Assembly (NCBI GenBank): GCA_033549025.1
Contig: JAWSUS010000002.1
Coordinates: 192,001-256,000, forward strand
DNA: 64,000 nt
Direction: 5' to 3'
From: Desulfuromonadales bacterium
GTDB taxonomy: Bacteria; Desulfobacterota; Desulfuromonadia; Desulfuromonadales; SZUA-540
Shown here: positions 59,441-64,000 of the stretch, one piece after another
Layout of the letters: each line of letters opens with the position of its first letter
Position numbering within the stretch: position 1 is the stretch's first letter
Translations under genes and position numbers: made by a program
The notes under the pieces: generated by a model
What the model was told of the DNA's origin: nothing
The model's input: only the letters and a program-made list of their open reading frames with translations
The model's database searches: none

Positions 59441-61993
59441 ATGAAACGCACTTTTTCCCCTGAAGTCCGCCTGCTGCTGCGGCAGGCCATTGACGATGCG
59501 CGCGGCAACGAGGTCTTCTTCCTCGGCCGCACCGATGCCGAGCGCCTGGTCGTCAGTGTCGAGGTGCTGGCCCGCGGCAACGCCGAGGCCGTTCCCGCCA
59601 TTCTGCAGGAGTGCGCCTACGGCGACGTGGTCATCCACAACCACCCCTCCGGGCACCTGCAGCCCTCGGCGGCGGATCTGGAAATCGCCTCACGGCTCGG
59701 CTCGCTGGGGGTCGGCTTCCACATTGTGGATAACCCTGTGGACAATGTGTACAAGGTGGTGGAAGCCTTCGCCTCGAAGGACGTGCAGCCCGTCGAGCCC
59801 CAGCGCGTGGACGACCTGCTTGGGCCCGAAGGGATCATCGCCCGCACCCTGCCGGGCTACGAAGACCGCCCAGAACAGCTGCGCATGGCCTTTGCCGTCG
59901 CCGAGGCCTTCAACAAGGGGCGCCTGACGGTCATCGAAGCGGGGACCGGCACCGGCAAAAGCCTCGCCTACCTGACCCCGGCCATCCTCTGGGCCCTGGG
60001 CAACGAAGAACGGGTGGTGATCAGCACCAACACCATCAACCTGCAGGAACAGCTCATCCGCAAGGATATCCCTTTTCTGCAGCGGGTCAGCAACCTGGAA
60101 TTCCGCGCCGTGCTGGTGAAAGGGCGCGCCAACTATCTCTGTCTGCGCCGCAGCGAAAATATCCGGCAGGAGCCGGGGCTCTTCGACGACGAGCTGGCCG
60201 GCGAGCTCACCAGTATTCTCGAATGGGCCGGGCGCACCAGCGACGGCTCCAAGGAGGAGCTCCCCTTCATCCCCCGGGAACAGGTGTGGGAGGAGGTGCG
60301 CTGCGAAATCGACCAGTGCTCGCGGGTGCGCTGCGCCCACTACAACCGCTGTTTTTTCCACAAGGCCCGCCGCCAGGCGGCCCAGGCCGACCTGCTGGTG
60401 GTCAATCACGCCCTGCTGCTCTCCGATCTGGCCCTGCGCCAGCAGACGGACAACTACACCGCCGCCGCCGTGCTGCCCCCTTTCGACCGCATCATTCTCG
60501 ACGAGGCCCACCACCTGGAGGATGTCGCCACCCACTTCTTTGCCAGCCAGGTCACCCGTTTTTCCTTCGCCCGCGTGCTCAACAAGCTGCGCCATCCGCG
60601 CAAGCCGGAGAAGGGCCTGCTCCCCCGCTTCCTCAACACCCTGGCCGCCAAGCTGCCCGACAGCCTGGACGAGCTCTACCGGGCCCTGCACGGCCGCGTC
60701 GAAAACCTCCTCGTCGACCGCCAGACCCTCTTTGACCGCTCGGTGCAGGATCTGGAGGGGATCGGCCAGGATCTCGCCGCCGCTCTCGGCCGCCCTATCC
60801 GCGAACGGGAGGAAATCAAGCAGCGGGTGGTGGCCGACTTCGCCGCCGGCGAGGTCTGGCAAACCCTCTGCGACAGGGTGCGCGCCCTGGCCAAGGAGAC
60901 GGATCGGCTCGGCCAGGGTCTGCGCGCCCTGCTCAAGGACTGCGGCCGCCTGCCCGACGACGTGCATGAGCACCTCGGCTCCAGTCTCACCGACCTGCGC
61001 GGCATCGCCGGCCGCCTGGAAAGCATCGCCGACGACCTGCGCTTCTTTGCCGCCGCCGAAGAGGGCACCTGCGCCTGGTTCGAGATCGTCGAAGGACGCA
61101 TCGGCCGGGGCACCGGTGTCGTCACCCGCCTCTGTACGGCTCCTCTGGAGGTCGCCGGCAACCTCAAGGCCGCCGTCTACGACCGCTTCCGCTCGGTGGT
61201 CATGACCAGCGCCACCCTCTCCGTCGGCGGTCAGTTCAGCTACTTCAAGCACCGGGTCGGCCTCGACCGCGCCGAACCGGCGCGCCTGGCCGAACTGCTG
61301 CTGGCCAGCCCCTTCAATTTCACCCAGCAGGCCCTGGTCGCCATCCCCACCGACATTCCCGAACCGGGACGCCCCGACTACCCGGCCAGCGTACGCGACC
61401 TGGCCGAACGGGCCATCCTCACCGCCGACGGCCGCACCTTCGTCCTCTTCACCGCCTACTCGCTGCTGCGCCAGGTCTACGGCGAAGTCGCCCCGGTGCT
61501 CAGCGCCCGCGGCTATCACTGCCTGCGCCAGGGCGAGGAGAACCGCCATCGCCTGCTGAAAAAATTCGCCGGCGACCCCACCAGCGTCCTTTTCGCCACC
61601 GACTCCTTCTGGGAGGGGGTCGACGTGCCAGGGCGAGCCCTCGAGCAGGTCATCATCACCCGGCTCCCCTTCAAGGTGCCCACCGAACCGGTGCTGGAGG
61701 CCCGGGCCGAGGCCATCGAGCTGGCCGGTGGCGATCCCTTCATGGAATACACGGTGCCGCAGGCCGTCATCAAGTTCAAGCAGGGCTTCGGCCGTCTCAT
61801 CCGCCATCGCGACGACCGCGGCGTCGTACTCATTCTCGACGCCCGCGTGGTCAAAAAGGGCTACGGCCGCATCTTTCTGCGTTCCCTGCCCGAGGCGCGG
61901 GTGGTCGCCGCCCCCACGGCGGAGGTCTTTGCCGCCATGACCGACTTCTTTGCAGCGAGCGAACCTGAACCCACGGCAGAGGACAAACCATGA
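59441..61993 (+). CDS. DinG/YoaA-family Fe-S helicase with an N-terminal JAB/RadC-like domain
   Basis: JAB motif E...HNHPSG.LQPS.AD; Q motif R.EQ..M; EAGTGTGKS; Fe-S cysteines; DEAHH; TSATL; SFWEGVDVPG; QGFGRLIR. Confidence 0.92.
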   Translation: MKRTFSPEVRLLLRQAIDDARGNEVFFLGRTDAERLVVSVEVLARGNAEAVPAILQECAYGDVVIHNHPSGHLQPSAADLEIASRLGSLGVGFHIVDNPVDNVYKVVEAFASKDVQPVEPQRVDDLLGPEGIIARTLPGYEDRPEQLRMAFAVAEAFNKGRLTVIEAGTGTGKSLAYLTPAILWALGNEERVVISTNTINLQEQLIRKDIPFLQRVSNLEFRAVLVKGRANYLCLRRSENIRQEPGLFDDELAGELTSILEWAGRTSDGSKEELPFIPREQVWEEVRCEIDQCSRVRCAHYNRCFFHKARRQAAQADLLVVNHALLLSDLALRQQTDNYTAAAVLPPFDRIILDEAHHLEDVATHFFASQVTRFSFARVLNKLRHPRKPEKGLLPRFLNTLAAKLPDSLDELYRALHGRVENLLVDRQTLFDRSVQDLEGIGQDLAAALGRPIREREEIKQRVVADFAAGEVWQTLCDRVRALAKETDRLGQGLRALLKDCGRLPDDVHEHLGSSLTDLRGIAGRLESIADDLRFFAAAEEGTCAWFEIVEGRIGRGTGVVTRLCTAPLEVAGNLKAAVYDRFRSVVMTSATLSVGGQFSYFKHRVGLDRAEPARLAELLLASPFNFTQQALVAIPTDIPEPGRPDYPASVRDLAERAILTADGRTFVLFTAYSLLRQVYGEVAPVLSARGYHCLRQGEENRHRLLKKFAGDPTSVLFATDSFWEGVDVPGRALEQVIITRLPFKVPTEPVLEARAEAIELAGGDPFMEYTVPQAVIKFKQGFGRLIRHRDDRGVVLILDARVVKKGYGRIFLRSLPEARVVAAPTAEVFAAMTDFFAASEPEPTAEDKP

Positions 61994-62433
61994 ACGAACG
62001 GTCTTGGCCGATCCGTCAGGTCGTCACCGCTTTTCTACGGCACGAAGGCAAGATCCTGCTGCTGAAGCGCAGCGACCGGGTCCGCACCTACCGGGGCCGC
62101 TGGGCGGCGGTCAGCGGCTCTCTCGAGGCGCCGACTCCGCTGGCGCAGGCGCTACGGGAGATTCGGGAGGAGACGGGCCTGGGTGAAGCCGACCTCTGCC
62201 TGGTCGCCGCCGCCCCGTGCCAGGAGGTGGTCGATGCGAACCTGGCGACGCGATGGCTCATTCATCCTTTTCTCTTTGAGGTGAACGGCTCGCCCGGCAT
62301 CCGTCTGGATTGGGAGCATGAGGAAAGCCGCTGGGTCGAAGCGGCGGAGCTGGCCCATTACCGGACCGTGCCTGCCCTGGCCCAGGTTCTCGCCGCCTGC
62401 CTGCAGACGGAAGCCGATAGCCGGGGCGACTGA
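61990..62433 (+). CDS. NUDIX hydrolase
   Basis: ILLLKRS..V.TY.G.W..VSG; A.REIREETG; L.WEH...W; ATGA overlap with the helicase stop. Confidence 0.9.
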   Translation: MNERSWPIRQVVTAFLRHEGKILLLKRSDRVRTYRGRWAAVSGSLEAPTPLAQALREIREETGLGEADLCLVAAAPCQEVVDANLATRWLIHPFLFEVNGSPGIRLDWEHEESRWVEAAELAHYRTVPALAQVLAACLQTEADSRGD

Positions 62434-62461
62434 ATTCTTTTCTTTCACGTTGGGCAAGTCC

Positions 62462-62470
62462 TGCTATAAT
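62462..62470 (+). promoter_or_regulatory. extended -10 promoter element
   Basis: TGCTATAAT about 50 bp upstream of ATG 62520. Confidence 0.55.
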
Positions 62471-62519
62471 CCAGAAAGTTGTGCATACTGTCACCCTGAA
62501 GTGAGGAAGGAGGCCCGCC

Positions 62520-63122
62520 ATGGCCCGTCTCAAGAAGTGCAGATCCCTGATTCTTTTTTTCAGCCTCTTCTACCTGTTAAGCTCAGCGGCAACCGCCTTT
62601 GCCGGCACCGTTTCCATCAGCCGGGTCGCCCAGGACGACGCCTTCCTCACCGACCTGGCCTACGACAACTTCTATCTCTCCGACAGCCAGCTGGCCCAGA
62701 GATATCCCTCCTACCAGGTGGCCGCCAACCAGGCTACCGCCGGCACCCTGGCCGCTGAACCGGTAGAGAAGAAATCGAGCCTGAGCCTGCACAAGGTTCT
62801 CGGCTACAGTACCGTGCTGCTGGCCGCAGCCGCCGGTGTGGCCAACTCGGATGAGGACACCCACCATGCCCTGGCCTACACGGCCTCGGCCGCGGCGGCC
62901 GGCACCGTGCTGAGCGGTTATCTGCAGCACGGGAACCAGCTTGGCGGCGGGCAAGGGCTTTTCAGCGACCCCAACCTGCATGCCATTTTGGGAACCCTCG
63001 GCGCCGCTGCCCTCATCGCCGGCAGCGCCATGGCCGACGGCGGCAGCGAATCGAGCCACAGCGGCATCGCCGTCACCGGCGCCGGTCTTATGTTTCTTTC
63101 CATCATCGACATCAAGTGGTAA
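62520..63122 (+). CDS. hypothetical membrane protein with a signal peptide and four His-initiated hydrophobic helices
   Basis: RBS AAGGAGG; signal peptide; segments HKVLG.., HHALA.., HAILG.., HSGIA.. Confidence 0.75.
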   Translation: MARLKKCRSLILFFSLFYLLSSAATAFAGTVSISRVAQDDAFLTDLAYDNFYLSDSQLAQRYPSYQVAANQATAGTLAAEPVEKKSSLSLHKVLGYSTVLLAAAAGVANSDEDTHHALAYTASAAAAGTVLSGYLQHGNQLGGGQGLFSDPNLHAILGTLGAAALIAGSAMADGGSESSHSGIAVTGAGLMFLSIIDIKW

Positions 63123-63140
63123 AGGCTTCCGATCCGCAGC

Positions 63141-63521
63141 ATGGCAAAGATCCTGATTATCGACGATGACAAGGCGTTTCTCACTTTCATGCAGGGATAT
63201 GTGGCCGAAAACTATCCCTGCCTGGAAGTGGAAACCCGCCTCGACCCTCTGCAGGGGCTGGCCGCCATCACGGCGGATCTCAGCCTGCTGCTCCTCGATC
63301 TGGAGATGCCGGGAATGGATGGCGGCAAGATTCTGGCTTACGCCACCGCCAAAGGCTTAAACAAAAACCGCATCATCATCCTGTCGGGACGCGATGCCGA
63401 TTATCTGCACGATCGTTTCCCCATGGGCTGCTGCCTGGCGGTGCTAAACAAGCACGAAGTCCGGCAGAAAGCCGTGCTCGACATGATCTTCAGTTCGCTG
63501 CAGCAAAAGGGCCAGTCATAG
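63141..63521 (+). CDS. single-domain response regulator
   Basis: KILIIDDD; LLLLDLEMPGMDG; IIILSG; LNK. Confidence 0.9.
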   Translation: MAKILIIDDDKAFLTFMQGYVAENYPCLEVETRLDPLQGLAAITADLSLLLLDLEMPGMDGGKILAYATAKGLNKNRIIILSGRDADYLHDRFPMGCCLAVLNKHEVRQKAVLDMIFSSLQQKGQS

Positions 63522-63576
63522 GATACAGACTCTGCAGTCGACCGGCCCGTAGTGCTGCGCGGCACGAGAGGCGACC

Positions 63577-64000
63577 ATGTCCCACCACACCCTCAAAACC
63601 GGCTACGCCAACCTGAGCGAACGGCTCAACCGCTTTCCCCAGGGGGCACCCCCCTCCCAGCTTCTTTACGACATCCTCGCCCTGCTGTTCTCTGCAAAAG
63701 AGGCCGACCTCGTCGCCCGCCTGCCCATTCGGCCCTTTTCCGCCGAAAAAGCCGCCAAGGCCTGGGGGGTTGGACTGGCCGAGGCCGAAACGACCCTGCA
63801 GCGCCTGGCCGATCGCGCCCTGCTCGTCGACATGCAGGTCAAGGGCCGCATGGAATACGTGCTGCCGCCCCCCATGGCCGGCTTTTTCGAGTTCGCCCTC
63901 ATGCGTCTGCGCGACGACATCGACCAGAAGCTCCTCTCCCAGCTCTACGAGCAGTACATCAGCGTGGAAGAGGATTTCATCAGGGCCCTCTTTGTCAACG
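63577..64000 (+). CDS. N-terminal part of a probable 4Fe-4S-cluster protein (truncated by the window end)
   Basis: Manual translation MSHHTLKTGYANLSERLNRFPQGAPPS..LFSAKEA..LADRALLVD..PPPMAGFFEF, open to the end of the window. The N-terminus resembles deltaproteobacterial ferredoxin-domain proteins, but no Cys motifs fall inside the window. Confidence 0.65.
   Translation, partial: MSHHTLKTGYANLSERLNRFPQGAPPSQLLYDILALLFSAKEADLVARLPIRPFSAEKAAKAWGVGLAEAETTLQRLADRALLVDMQVKGRMEYVLPPPMAGFFEFALMRLRDDIDQKLLSQLYEQYISVEEDFIRALFVN

Overview
GC-rich, gene-dense chromosomal window that looks like a Desulfuromonadales (Desulfuromonas/Geobacter-like) bacterium; this is inferred from gene content and order. 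I saw no rRNA, tRNA, CRISPR array or mobile element. Core genes: gatA (partial), gatC, glgP, hslO, rimO, yajQ, lolA, thiL, lon, pckA, and a Dif-like chemosensory operon (cheR-mcp-cheW-cheY-cheA-cheC-cheD). Accessory content: (i) a ~1,870-aa surface protein joining an OmpA-type peptidoglycan-binding domain, an intimin/invasin-type inverse-autotransporter barrel and a beta-helix-like passenger with five 99-aa repeats; (ii) a Hya-type [NiFe] hydrogenase operon with an Asp-substituted proximal cluster, followed by a cytochrome c lipoprotein; (iii) a BCAM0308/NMD3-like zinc-finger gene - archease - RtcB - NDUFA9-like operon, a candidate RNA or ribosome repair system; (iv) a NifB/NifX-like - DUF302 - ACR3-like - DUF134 - NifU-like operon with a perfect palindromic operator and an in-frame amber codon in the DUF302 gene; (v) a divergent rhodanese - CCG Fe-S - DUF3047 - DedA operon with LysR-type inverted repeats; (vi) a decaheme OTR-like cytochrome with N-terminal MopE-like repeats behind a candidate sigma54 promoter; (vii) a complete V/A-type ATPase operon; (viii) a JAB-DinG helicase coupled to a NUDIX gene. 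All family assignments come from recognising motifs by eye, not from database searches.
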